Shown in pieces: positions 40,111-52,177 of a stretch of 64,000 bases of DNA. The position numbers and the translations under genes are program-made. The stretch spans positions 3,619,371 through 3,683,370 of the forward strand of contig MU054338.1 of NCBI GenBank assembly GCA_013239625.1, in the 5' to 3' direction. The stretch comes from Lama guanicoe. Its lineage: Eukaryota. Numbering within the stretch: position 1 is the stretch's first letter; every line of letters begins with the position of its first letter. Under the pieces are notes generated by a model. The model was not told the origin of the DNA and searched no databases. It saw nothing but the letters and a program-made list of their open reading frames with translations.

Positions 40111-40214
40111 CCAGAAAGAGGTCAAGGCTCCCGGGAGATGCTCCCCAGCCTGCTCCTTCAGCCAGCATCTCCGGTCCCCTCGGTCATGGCTCCGTGTCCT
40201 CCAGCCCAGACTAC
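40111..40214 (-). other. TINCR: TINCR exon 2 (104 nt, almost all 3'UTR)
   Basis: Acceptor cttcag|G and consensus donor TGG|gtaagt at 40110. Confidence 0.8.
40211..40214 (-). CDS. TINCR: TINCR exon 2 coding part: last base of Arg87 plus TAG stop
   Basis: Acceptor tcccccttcttcag|G TAG; AG+G = Arg, then stop, giving exactly 87 aa ending SDPR. Confidence 0.88.
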
Positions 40215-42419
40215 CTGAAGAAGGGGGACAGGAAGACACAGGTTGTAGGCCAGTGCAGCCCCCACCTCGGCACTTAAGGCCTCCTAGTCTGCTCCGTCTT
40301 TGGCCAATGTATCTTCCTGCATCTGTCAGGACTCACCTCCAGCCTCAAGACCCTCTCCCTTGCTTCCAGGCATCACTAGAGCTCCAGAAAAATGTCCTGA
40401 GCAGCCCCTTCCTCACCTCGAGAGATCATACATGCAACAAACATTTACTGAGTACCTACTAATTGCCAGGCACTGAATTGGGGGACCAGCGGTGAACATG
40501 AAGGACAATACCCTCCTAGAGTTTACAGTCTAGTAGGGGAGACAGGGTGAAAAAAATTAGTAAAATAATTAGTAAAATATACAGAAGTTGGGGGAGAAAC
40601 ATGAAGCAGGGGTGGGGGATAGTGCTGGTGGGATGCAATTTGGTCAGGAAAGACTGCACTGAGGAGGAAGCATCTGAACAAAGGCCTGAAGGAGCTGAGG
40701 GAGGGAGATGGGAAGCATTCCAAGTGGAAGGAACAGCCAGTGCAAAGGCCCTGAGGTAGGGCCATGTCTAGAGAGCTGGAAGGACAGTCGACTCTATCCT
40801 AGTTCAGCCTCCACTGTCACTCACTTGGCCCTCCACCCTTTTACCCACCTCCCCATCCCACAGCCTGTCCTCCCGCAACAGCCACTAGAAGATGGCTGTG
40901 AGCACCCGTGTGTCCCCTCCTTCCTCTGCCCACAGCCCTCCAGGACTCCCACCTCCCTAGGGGATAAAAGCCCAAGTCCTCAAGGCCTTGCACCACCTGC
41001 CCCTCATCCCCTCCCTGCCCTCACCTTCTCCCTCTCTCCCCCTCACTCCCTCTGCTCCAGCCACATGGGCCTCCTCGCTGTTCCTCCCACAGCCAGGTCC
41101 TGCCCCAGGGCCTTTGCAAATGTTCCCTTCACCTAGAACACCCTCCCACCCACTCTTGTTCTCTTTGTTTAACCAGCTCTTTCACATCAAACCCTGAACA
41201 TCACCTTCTCAGAGAGATCTCCCCCAGCCATTGTTGATGGGGTGGCAACACTCCCCCACCTTCCTGCACCACTTTTCTGCCTCTTTCCACAGCGCTTATT
41301 ACAACCTGACATTCTAACGCATTTACTTGGTTCCTTGTCTGTCTCACCCACTGGACTGACTGTGGGCTCCATGAGAGCAGGCCTGGTCTGTCTGGGTCAC
41401 TGCTAGGTTCCTGTGTCCAGCACACAGCGGGCACTCAGTAAATGCTTATTGTGCATTGAACACTGTGTGGATGCCTGTGCGCCGCCCCGCTGCTAGGCTT
41501 GGCCTGGCCGCTGCCAGGAACACCCTCTCCCAGTCCCAAGCCCCAAACCCCCATCAGTCACCATCCCACCACCACACAAGAGAGCCGGGGGCCCTCCTGC
41601 CTCACCTCCAGCCTCCAGGACTGGCATCTGAGACTCCTGCTCCTCATAAACCCCAGGGTTACATATACAGCTCCACTCCGTCCCCTGCCCAGCACCTCCA
41701 TGAAAGCATCCAGGGCTCTGGGGCCAGCTCCTACCCACCTCCACCATCTCACTGTCCCTCTCACCAAGCACCGGCCTCCACCATTTCCGCAGGGTGCCCC
41801 AGGGGAAATGGCCCAGCTGCACGTCTCTGCAGACCCCTCCTTGGGCTGGGGAACCCACTCATCTTGGGTCACCTTGGCCAGGGGACCTCTTTGGATACCC
41901 TGGGTGGCCAGGTCAGAGTGTGGGCAGCAAGTGTCAGGATGGGATTGTGGGAAAGGGAGGGGTAGTGGGGGAGATGGATGAACAGAGAGAAGAAAGAGAC
42001 ACACGGAAAAACAGCAGAGGCAGAAACGGACAGAGACACAGAGAGACAGAGATGGAGACAAAGAGAGACAGATATAGAGAGACAGAGACAGAAGGAATGA
42101 AAGAAAATAAACAGGGACAGTGTCACTGAGAGAGGGAGAGACGGGAGAGAGAGATCATGGGAAAGATGGGGAGACCAGGGAGAGGCAGACAGAGCAGAGA
42201 GGAGAAAGCTGGCAGGGGAACCCAGCTGCCCTCCCGGCCTCCCTCCAGGCCTGCCCTCCTCCATCCTTCTCTCCCAGCCGGTTCTCACAGTCAGCGGCGC
42301 TTGGGGGTGAGGGGAAGGGAAGGCGGCATACACAGGGAGGAGAAGGGCCCTCAGTCCACCCTTGGGCAGCCATCCCACCCACCCCACCCTGACCCCAGCC
42401 AGGCCCTCCTGTGCCTCCC

Positions 42420-43000
42420 CAGGCTCCGCCCGTCCTGACCCATCTCACCCAACCGCGACCCCAGCTAAGCTCCCCTGTGCTCCGCCGTTTTCCCCCAACC
42501 CTGATTGACCCCCCCTCCCCGGAGCGCCGGCCAGGCTCCCCTGTGCCACCCTCCCCAGCCCTGGCTCCCAGGTCGCCCCCCCGGCCCCGCCCGCGGCCAC
42601 CTGGGGTCGCTGACGAGCAGCAGCACCGAGCCGTCCTGCAGGCGCACGTCGCGCACCGTCTGGTGGTCGTCCAGCCGCCGCGCGTTGTAGTAGAAGGTGC
42701 GCTTCCAGGAGGACACGCCCTGGCCCACGAGCTGGGCGCGCAGGTCGCTGAGCGTGTCCCGCGGCCGCACGGTGAGCGGCAGCAGCAGCGCCTCGTCCGC
42801 CAGGTGCACCTTGATGTGGTAGCGCTTCCAGCGCGACAGGCCCCGCCGCAGCCCCTCCATGGCGCCCGCCGGGCGCTCGGACCCGGCCCACCTGGTCCCC
42901 ACCCGCAGGCGCCTCTTCGTTAAGGTCCAGGTGTACGAAGTGCCTAGGGCGCGCCGGGCGGATGGAGGCTCCCCGGATGCCTGCGAACAAAATGCACAGA
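42420..43000. promoter_or_regulatory. CpG island over the TINCR promoter/first exon
   Basis: Very high GC and dense CpG around the TINCR ATG. Confidence 0.8.
42601..42860 (-). CDS. TINCR: TINCR ubiquitin-like microprotein (TUBL/pTINCR), coding exon 1: MEGLRRGLSRWKRYHIKVHLADEALLLPLTVRPRDTLSDLRAQLVGQGVSSWKRTFYYNARRLDDHQTVRDVRLQDGSVLLLVSDP
   Basis: Strong Kozak GGCGCCATGG at 42860 in a CpG island; 260 nt to donor CAG|gtggcc. Ubiquitin-fold pattern (LDDHQTV..RLQDGSVLLLV); recognised as the 87-aa TINCR peptide; downstream of SAFB2 as in human. Confidence 0.95.
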
Positions 43001-44646
43001 AAGGAGCCACATCCTAAAGATAAATATGTACGTGCACAGTGCATCCGATCCTGGGAGGTGCCGGGGAGGGGCCAGAAGAGGAGGAGGGTCGGAGACTGGC
43101 CGACTATTTTAGACAGAGATCAAGGTCAAGGGAGGCCTCTCTGAGGAGGTGGCATTTGAATGGAGATCTGAAGGAGTGGCCAGCCACGCCAAGGGTCTTG
43201 ATCAAGAGTACCCAGGCTTACATGGGAACAGCCCGTGCAAAGGCCCTGGGGCAGGACAGGGTCTGGCTGTTAGAGGAACAGTGAGGAGGTCCCTATGGCT
43301 GGAGCCTAGTAGAGCGCAGAAGGGGAGAGAGGGAGGAGGTGAGGGTAGGGAGGGGATGGGGCAGGTCATGAAGGGCCTCTTGGGCCTCGGAGAAAACTTT
43401 TACTCCGAGGGAGGTGGGAGCCCTGGAGGGAAGGAACTGATGTTCGTATTTGTCACTCGTGTATTTGATACTCATTTTAGTCCCTTATTTCCTTCAAGAC
43501 ATATTCAACCAGCACCTATTCTGTGTCCAGGCTGGGCTAGGCAATGCTGGGCGTCAGAGAAATCTCAGCCTAGGCCCTTAAGGGTCACCCAGTTGAGGGT
43601 GGGGGACACAGAGCTGGACAAAGACACTCGCAGTCCTATGTGGTGAGGGCTTGAGTAGTAGGAGAGATCCCAGGCTGGGAAAGGTCAGTAGGTGGAGATG
43701 GCTCCCCAGGTTGGTGGGCATTGGAGCCCTAGGGCTTTGCAGATAAATAGGAGTTCAACACTCCCACCAAGGAGGTACCTGCCCATGGTCACCAACTAGA
43801 TAGGTCACTGTGTGCCTAGTGGGGAGAAGCAGGAGTCAAGGCTTGTGGCCAGTGGCAGTCAGGGGAGGCTTGAGAACGGGATCACCTACCCCCAATTCCA
43901 TGCCATTTCCCCCCATCCTTGCAACCCCTGCAGGGCCTGCCAGCCTCTTCAGTCTTACTTATCCAATCACCCTCTTCCTGAACCTTCCTTGATTACTGCC
44001 TGCCCCTACCACTGACATACCTGCTAGGACAGGACTGACTGGTTCTAGGTATCTAGGATGTTGACTTGACCTCAGCGATTCAAAGTGAGTACTTAGAATC
44101 CAGTGACAATGGAGCTCACTGGGGACTCCCCACTCAGCAGTGGCTGAGAGCTGGTGGAGGGAGGCTGAGGCCAGAACAGGGCAAGAGCTCTAATCCTGAC
44201 CTGGAAACTTGGAAGTTCCTGGGGAAGGAACTTAAGCTCCCTGGGCCTCGATGTCCCCATCTATCCAATGGGGCTGTTATGAGGTACAAATTACTGCAGG
44301 TAAGTGCTTAGGAATGTTCCTGAAGCGTAGTCACTGGCTAATTGGACTCTTCAAAGAAAAGCAAATAAAAAAAATAGCAAACAGGAAAAGAAAAAAAACC
44401 CACCTGCTAAGTGACAGATGGGCTCCCAGGGACTTGATTGAAAGAAAAACAAAAGCAGAAGAAAGAAAGATTACCTGAATTTTCATATGACACTATTATC
44501 TCCCATTTTACAGATGAGTAAAGTAAGGCACAGAGAGGATGACTTCCCTGAGGACAAACTGAAAAATGGCAGAGCCAGGATTTGAACCTTAGTCACCCAG
44601 CTGATGCAGCTTCTTATACAAACATCAGATTTCAAATGGAAATCTT

Positions 44647-44776
44647 ATTTATTTTCTTTTTTGAGGAGGGTAATTTGTCTATTTATTTATTTTAATGGAG
44701 GTACTGGTGATTGAACCTAGGACCTCGTGCATGCTAAGCACATGCTCTACCACTAGAGCTATCTCCCCTCTTCCCC
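44647..44776 (-). mobile_element. tRNA-Ala-derived SINE (reverse orientation)
   Basis: Reverse complement of the same family; imperfect TSD caaatggaaatctt / cagatggacatttt. Confidence 0.85.
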
Positions 44777-44779
44777 AGA

Positions 44780-45450
44780 TGGACATTTTAAACGTGGCTA
44801 AGAGCAAAACAGATCCCAGATGGATCACTGCCCCTCCACCAGCCAAAAAAAAAAAAGAAAATAAAAAACAAAAAAGAGAGAGTAACTGTTAAACTACTAG
44901 AAGAAAACATAGAAGTTAAAAATAATAATAATACCAGTGTACTGAAGTGTGACATTATACCTTTAATGATTTAAAAGATTAATAACTGACTACAAACAAA
45001 TATAAAATTCCTGTATTCCACACACTCACACAAATACTAGAAGGTAAATAGACAAAATCAGGGAAACTTTTCCAAGACATAATAGACAAAAGGCTGATTT
45101 CCTTAATATGTAAAAAGCTTCCAGAAATCAATAAGGACCAACAACCCAATAGGAAAAGACTCAAAAGTCATGAACAGTTTCCCAAAAGGAAATATCAGTG
45201 TCTTCTAGGCACATGAAAGGGAGTTCAATCTCACTCACAGTAAGCTAAACATAAAATAAGCTACCATGAAATACCTTTTTAAAAAAAATCTATCCGGTTG
45301 CTAAGGATGAGAAAGTTTGATGTTCCACCATGTTTCTGGGGTCCTGGAGAACAAGCAATCTCATGCATTGGGGTTCAGAGTGTGAAATAGCCTTATCTCC
45401 CTGATAATAGCTGTTGGAATGAGAAGCTGTTATATTCCTTCTGGGAATGT
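44780..45450 (+). mobile_element. Old LINE-1 (L1ME-like) fragment
   Basis: aaactactagaagaaaacataga...gacaaaaggctgatttccttaatatgtaaa; A-rich degenerate ORF2. Confidence 0.65.
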
Positions 45451-48044
45451 CTCCACGTGCCTGAGGACAGATTAAAGCACAGCAGACATAATGAGCAATT
45501 TACATGTAATCCACAAGGCTGACCTCACTGAACAAAGGAGGGAAACTGAGGCCCAGAGGAGGGGAAGGGACAGAATGAGGACCTAGGCTGGAGTGCACTC
45601 TCTCCAGGGAACGTGGGCAGGCTGGCTTTACCTGCGGGACCCGGTCACCACGGCCCCAGCCATCTCCCTTGTCAGGCTAAGCTCCCGGTCTCCAGAAGCA
45701 CACCTGTTGGCGTGTAGAACAGGTCTGAGCAAGGCACAGGGACACTTGGCTTTAACATATGGAGGCCATGCTGGCCACGCAGAGCCCTGTGAGTGCCGGG
45801 TGCCAGTTCCAATTAATTCTGACTTTCTCATTAAGCCAGGAAAAGCCAGGTGGCTGCGGGCAGTAGGCCCTCTGCCTGGGCCGCTGGATTAAAGGGATCA
45901 TGGTTTCTGCCTCGAGACACTGTATTATCTGTCACAGGCAATTATGGAAGACCCAAGTGGACAGTGACAAGCTTGGAGTATCCCTGAGTTCTGAAGCCTG
46001 GGAGGCTCAGAATTGTGGGATCTCTGAAACTGTGGATTCCTGGAATCTTGGAGTGCCCAGTGTTCTAGGCCCTCAGAATAGTAGCCCCTCCTCCTGAACA
46101 TACTAGAATCCTAGAGCCTGGGTCCTGAGTGGCAGTCAGCACATCACTCCTGGCTGTCTTGGAGGAAAAGGATGTTGGGTCAGAACACATGGGGCATCAG
46201 AGGCAGAAGGGAGAAGTGCGGGTGGAGGCGCACAGGCAGGTAGGAAGGGAGGGTGGGTTCTATGTCAGCTTGCCCTTGCCAGGAACATACCCACTGAACT
46301 TGGCATTGCCAAATTCTGGAATCACAAAGAAAGAAATCCCATTTCTCAGATGAAAACACTGAGGCTTGGAGAGGGAAATCACTTCCCCAAAGCCACACCT
46401 GAAGGTTCGAACATAGCCCCCTGGAACACAGGAGTGAGTTAACAGAAGGGCTCCAGGTACCTCTCTACCTGGGGGTGTTAACAAAAAAGGAGAATGCGGT
46501 TCTTGGGGTGGCTTTGGAAAGGGCATGGGGAGGAGTTTGGATTTGCAACTAAGGGCAATGGGGAGCCATGGAAGGGTTTGAAACAAGGGAGTGGCATGAT
46601 CTAATTTATATGTTAGAAATGTCCTGACAGTGCTGACATTTCAGAAGATGGATACATTGATCCTTAGCTGAGAAAGGCTATGTCTCAGGTCAGAATGCTC
46701 TCTTCCTAGCTACCACATCTTGGACCCATCTATCCCCCTCCACCAACATTTCATAAGGAATTCATTTCTAGGCTGTCTGGCAAATGAGGGCTCATTGTGG
46801 TTCCTGTTGGTAAATTGTGTTATTCTAGTTTAGCTCTATTAGAAACAAAGACTATTTGGCATTAAGATTTTTAAGGTAGTATCCTTCATATATGAAGAGT
46901 GGTAAGAAATAAATAAGAATAGAGCAACATATGCAAAGAACTCAGATGCCACTTTGAACACACACAAGACATAGACAGGAAATTGTGGGGGGAAAAGAAA
47001 GACTCACATGAAAAATGTTTAACCACTCTAGAATTTCCACTCTTATTCAACACTCATATTCAACAATGAGATCTGATCGTATGAGATTCTGTGAAGTCAC
47101 AAGGCAACGGACACTCGTGTCTGTTACTGTGTAAACTAGTATCATCTTTCTGGAAGGGAAAATGGCAACATATCTTTAAAGCTCACTGATAGATAATAAC
47201 TAGTTGTAATGCCTCACGTTTGTTGAGTGACAAATCAACTTCATTTATTGTGTTTGACCCACCAGAACAGAAACTCTGCTAGGGCAGGCATTTTTGTCTG
47301 TTTTGTTCACTTCCGAGACCCTGGTGTCTAGAACAGCTGCTGGCTCTGATCTGTATACCCAGCAAGATCTAATCTACTCATTTTTCTGTACACTGAGGTT
47401 TGAGAACCACTGGGCTAGACTGAAAGGGAAGTTTTTGTGCAGGCAGATACCTGAGCATCCACCTATTTGGGTCTTTAAGACCACCCTCAAATCCCTAGTG
47501 GAAGTAGAGAATTCTCAGGGGCTCCCACTGACCTATGGGTTAATGGATGTTCTTGTAGTTATAAGGATCAAATGAGATGATTTCTGACGCTTACTGAGTC
47601 CTTAGGCTGTGCCAGGCAGCATTCAAAGAGATTTACAAACTTCAACTAACTTAATCACTTAAGAGCAATGCTATGAGGTTGGTGTTACTATCAGGCCCAT
47701 TTTACAGATGAGGAAACTGAGTCCATAGCATGAAAGCAGCACCCTAGCTGGGGCCTGGCACAAAGTAGGTGCTTAGGTTTAGCAGAACCTAAATCTTGCT
47801 CAGTCAGCTCCGTGAACACCCATCCTTGTCTCTCCAGGGAGCATGTCCTCTGTTGTCCCAGGAGAGACCCTTGGTACCAGTAAGGCTCTGTAAATGTTTT
47901 TGTTCTTGAATTTCTCGGTCAATTCCTTGCAGAGCTGCGGGGAAGGTGAGCGAAGAGGACAGTGGCAGATTTCTAGGGGCATGGAGACACAAGACACATA
48001 GAGTCACCCCTCCCGCCCAGACACACACAGGGACAAATGCAGAG

Positions 48045-48047
<3 letters not shown>

Positions 48048-48083
<36 letters not shown>
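48048..48083. repeat. (CA)n microsatellite
   Basis: Long AC run. Shorter (TG)n at ~22898-22912 and ~39978-39994; (TTCA)n ~24401-24428; (GAAT)n ~25150-25177. Confidence 0.95.
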
Positions 48084-48090
<7 letters not shown>

Positions 48091-48413
48091 TTGAGACACA
48101 CACAGACTGGCTAGATACACATCCCAAGATAAAAACAGACATGCCAACTTCAAAACAGACTCGCAGACACCCATACACACAAACACAGCACCAACACCCC
48201 ACCAAGACAAGCACAGGGGACACACATAGGGCCTTGGCCAGGGGTGGCCAGGTTATGGGGGATCTGGACACTCTTGATCCCAGCGGAAGCCCTGACTCCA
48301 GCCTCCACCCTCATCTCCACCCTGGGACCAAAGGCCTCCTGCTAAGGCGACAGTGGACTGATAGGGAACCGCAGGGGCCAGACGGGTCGGCTGCGGTGCA
48401 CAGCGCGGCTCTC

Positions 48414-48429
48414 TGGCGCCACCCGGTGG
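48414..48429 (-). promoter_or_regulatory. Candidate CTCF site in a small CpG-rich patch
   Basis: Minus strand CCACCGGGTGGCGCCA, one mismatch from CCACCAGGTGGCGC. Confidence 0.6.
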
Positions 48430-48689
48430 GCATGGCGGGCAGGGGGCACAGCAGCCTCCGCGGATCAAAATCTCCGCGGGTCTCTGTGTGCATGTGTCTG
48501 CTTTTGTCTCTGTTTAATCTGCATGTCTGTTTCTCTGTGTCTCAGTCTGTCTGTGAGTTTCTACTTTTCCTTCTGTGTCTGTCCTTCTCTCTGCTGCTGT
48601 CTCACCTCTGTCTCCCCATCTCTGTCTTTTTCTCCCTCCCTCTCTCCCACTTTTCCCCCACCTTCCCTTCCATAACTGAGCCGGGCCCC

Positions 48690-48790
48690 CCTCATTAGCC
48701 ACACCCCTGCGCCCTGTCCTCCGATGGCATCTAGGCACTTCCTGACACCCATGGGTTGCCACTGTGACTCAGTCCAGGTGGGGCGTGATG
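48690..48790. promoter_or_regulatory. Candidate epithelial enhancer (KLF, ETS, AP-1, KLF/SP)
   Basis: GCCACACCC 48698-48706, CACTTCCTG 48736-48744, TGACTCA 48765-48771, GGGGCGTG 48780-48787. Confidence 0.5.
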
Positions 48791-51700
48791 ACCAACCTCA
48801 TCAGCTTTGCTAGCCGACCCGCTCCCACCTCCTACATTCTGATCTTTGGGGCAGAGACCCCATGCCTGGAGGCTGCACCTACTCTATGCCGGCTTCCCCT
48901 GCTGTGCCTCTGTCCAGATAGAGCCTGGCTCGTGAGCCCACCGTGGCTTTGCCCCTTCCCCAGGGCTGGCTGCTGCTGGCTTCCTGGAGGTGGGAAGTGC
49001 TGGTTGCATGGACAGAGGGTGAAGGGACATTGAGGTTTGGACTCCCAAGCAAGGGGGGTCCAAAGAGAGACAGTGATGGAGGTCACCCTTGAACCCTGCT
49101 AGGAGGCTGGGGACACCCTCCTATCAACCTGCCATGGTCTCCCCATCACCTGTGGGCTGGCAGCCTGACCCCTGACCCACCAGGGACCTCAGAGGAGGTC
49201 ACTCTGACCCCAAGTCACCCACATTCCTGCTTGCTTAGTCCCTCCAAGGTGTCACGCCCATTCCTTCCTGGAGTCTCCGGCACATTCTGTTCCCTCTCCT
49301 GGAATGCCCTTCCAGTCACCTCCTTCAGGAAGCCAGGCTCACCTCACCTTCTGCTTGAAACCCTTCCCTGGGCTCCAGAGAGTAGGTCTGTCTCGGTCAT
49401 GGTCACTGCTGTGTCCCTGGCAGAACCTCCCATCTTGCTTTGCTGCGAGTGCAGGCCTTAGTCTAATGGGCTGCTTGCCGCTCTGTGCCCCATGTTCTCA
49501 GGGACGGGAGCTGAGGGGACTTTTTCTGGGCCACCTGTGAAAGCTGCCCCGCTGGGTGTCATTTCAGCCGAGTCTGTAAATATTTGGACTGCCGTGGCCG
49601 GCAGCGTCTAGGCGAGGAGAAGCCTCAGTGCGTTTTATGAGCCTCCCCATGGGGGCCCAAAGCGAGGTTTCCATGGCTGGGTATGTGGGGCGCCCAGCAG
49701 TTTCCTGGCTGGTTCGCACAAGGTGGGTTATGACTGCGGGACTGGAAGCAGCCGCCAGACACCAGCAGCAGCTGCCGGCACTTCACCCCGCAGCGGGCAG
49801 CTTTCCAGAGGCCCAGGCAGGGCTTCTTGGTTTAGAAACTGCTAATGCGACGTTATAGATCACAGCCATGGTGGGAGTGGAGGCCTAGGGGACCCCCGTT
49901 TCCGAGTCCGAAGGTCCACACTTAATCCTTAGGGGGAGAGATTTCTGGCAAGGAGGCAGGAGGCTCGGGTTTAGACCTGGCTCTTTCAGAAGAATTAACA
50001 GCAACCACCACCACTGGCTACGCACCTACTCTATGCTGGGTGCTGTGCAAAGCACTTCAAACGCACCATCTCACTGCATCGTCGGAAACCACCCTGCCTG
50101 TTTTACGACGAGAAAACCGAGGTGTTCAAAATAACCAGCTCGAGGTCATCCAGGTGAAGAGCTGGGACTTTTTATTCTCCCCCCTGGCTTGGCCTCACGT
50201 AAGTCACCCAACCCTCATGGAGGCCGCCCCCGAAAGGCCACAGTGACAATCTGCCCGGGAAATCACTTCTCAGCAGCCAGGATCCCAGGAGTGACTGGAG
50301 GTAGGGCCTGAATCAGATCAGCAGGGCTGATTGGGGCCTGGGAACCTGCATTGTAAACAAGCACCTCCCTCCACCCCCAGGTAGCTCTTGTTAGGGCTGT
50401 TCCTCAGGCCTTCCTCAGAACAGCAGCCTTAGCACTGCACGCATCCAAACGTGTTTGCAGCGCGCCCTCTGAGTCTCAGCAGGGATTGTCTGCCACGTGG
50501 CGTTTCCTGAAGACACCACGACATGCAAGGATCCGGCGTCCTCATCAGACATTCTCAACTGGGCGTTTTCTACCTGGTCCCGGAAGCCCCAAGAAGCCCC
50601 TCCCAGGGCCAGGCGATTTCCAGAGACAGCAAACAAGTCACCTGAGAGGGCCTTTCACATGCAAACCAGCCAGTTCAGAGCCCACGCCCCAAACCCCTCC
50701 TCTGTGGGGCTGTCACACTCCAGGGCAGGGGTGGGGGGGCACCATCCCTGGCCCTCATCACCCCAGGGCTGGGTGGCAGGCAACGAGGGCCAGTATCTCT
50801 GGGCCCCATCACTCACACTAGCCCATCCCCAGCCTGCTTACCTGTTCCTTCCCGTGGAAACCGCAGTAAAGGCTCTGGCCCACGTCCCCCCCCTCCCTCT
50901 GACTGACCCTGGCGCTTCTCCGTGTTGCCCCGCATGGCATGGGTTTCCTCCCCCTGCCCTTGGGCAATGAAACAAAAACATGTTTTCAGCAGCAGTCATC
51001 TCCTGATCTGTAGGCCTCAGCACACCTGAGTAATAATAAAACCTAAGAGAGAATGAACTCCTGCCCCATGATGTTTACATTCCAGGGGAGGGTGTGGGCC
51101 ACATGCTAGGACAACAGGTGGGTGTGACAATGACGGGGTAGGAGGGGAGTGGTCAGGGGAGACCAGAGGAGGAGGCGGGATCTGAGCCCCAACCTGCGAG
51201 ATGAGAAGGAGCTGTCCGCCTGGTCATGGGCCTGACAGCATGAGGGACATACTGAGTTACTCTCGAGGCCCATTCTAAAGGGTAGATACACACGCGAAGT
51301 CATGTAGACAGTGATCTCCGAGCCTGGCTTGCCCATGGCCGCTCAAAGCAACTGTCACTTTACCAACATATGACCTCAGTCTGAGGCTCCTGGGATGGCC
51401 GAGGAGGAGGAGGCACTGAGGAGGAGGTCCAGCCTCTCCTGGGCTCTGACCCTGAACCTCTGCTCAGCCTTCCCAGGAGCGGAGTCTGCTTCACTGAGAA
51501 GCTGTGACTGGGCGTGTCTGGGTTTGGGGATGCTGTGGCTGTATTTTTTTTTTTAAATCAAATGTCCTTTTTATAACGTTGTGTTTGAAATTATTTGACT
51601 AAGAGTAACATGTGCAATTTAAGATTGGCAATCATCGTGCAGGCTTGGGAATTCCTGCAAAGTGAGAAAATTTAACCTAGGAGCTGTTTTGAAATGTAAT

Positions 51701-52177
51701 GATATCTTTATGAATACAAAATTTCAGCAGTTGACGAAGCTGACACATTGTTGTAGATGTAGAGACATTTGATAAGGTATTCATTCCAATTCCTCAGTTT
51801 TCTTTCTGGATTTTTGGAGCTGGTAATTTCTTCCGTTCTCCTCTCCGGGCCTCAGAACATTTCATGGGTCTCCTGTAAAGCATGAGCTCCCTAGGCCCTC
51901 TGCCTGTGGGTCTCCTGGTGCCTGTCAACATTTATTGAGCACTTCCTGTAAGCAAGGAGCAATTCTGAGCTTTTTATGTGTATTAACTAATTAAATCTTT
52001 GCAAAGACCCCCTCTGGTAAATACTATCATGGTTCCCTTCTTCCAGGCAAGAAACCAAAGTAGACAGGAACTATTAACTCCTCATGGGCTGACAGATACG
52101 TTGGATTCCAAGCAGTCTCCAGAGCCTACCCCAGAGGCTCTCACTCCTGTGATACCCAACAGCCCCCACCCAGACCT

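Larger units (their letters stand above)
700..52100. repeat. Numerous dispersed MIR and L2 remnants (e.g. MIR ~5280-5420, 9770-9860, 44500-44600; L2 ~6170-6480, 24410-24890, 40430-40780)
   Basis: Recurrent MIR core (cctcagtttccccatctgtaaaatggg; gaaactgaggc; aaggtcacacagc) and L2 motifs (ttattgagcacctactgtgtgccaggcactg; caaaggccctgagg). Copies not individually delimited. Confidence 0.85.

Noticed and set aside
42411..43044. 170-aa (+) and 199-aa (-) ORFs over TINCR exon 1
   Set aside because: Antisense or alternative-frame shadows of a GC-rich exon; low complexity, no recognisable domain.
47946..48698. 250-aa ORF
   Set aside because: Produced by (CA)n and CT-rich simple sequence.
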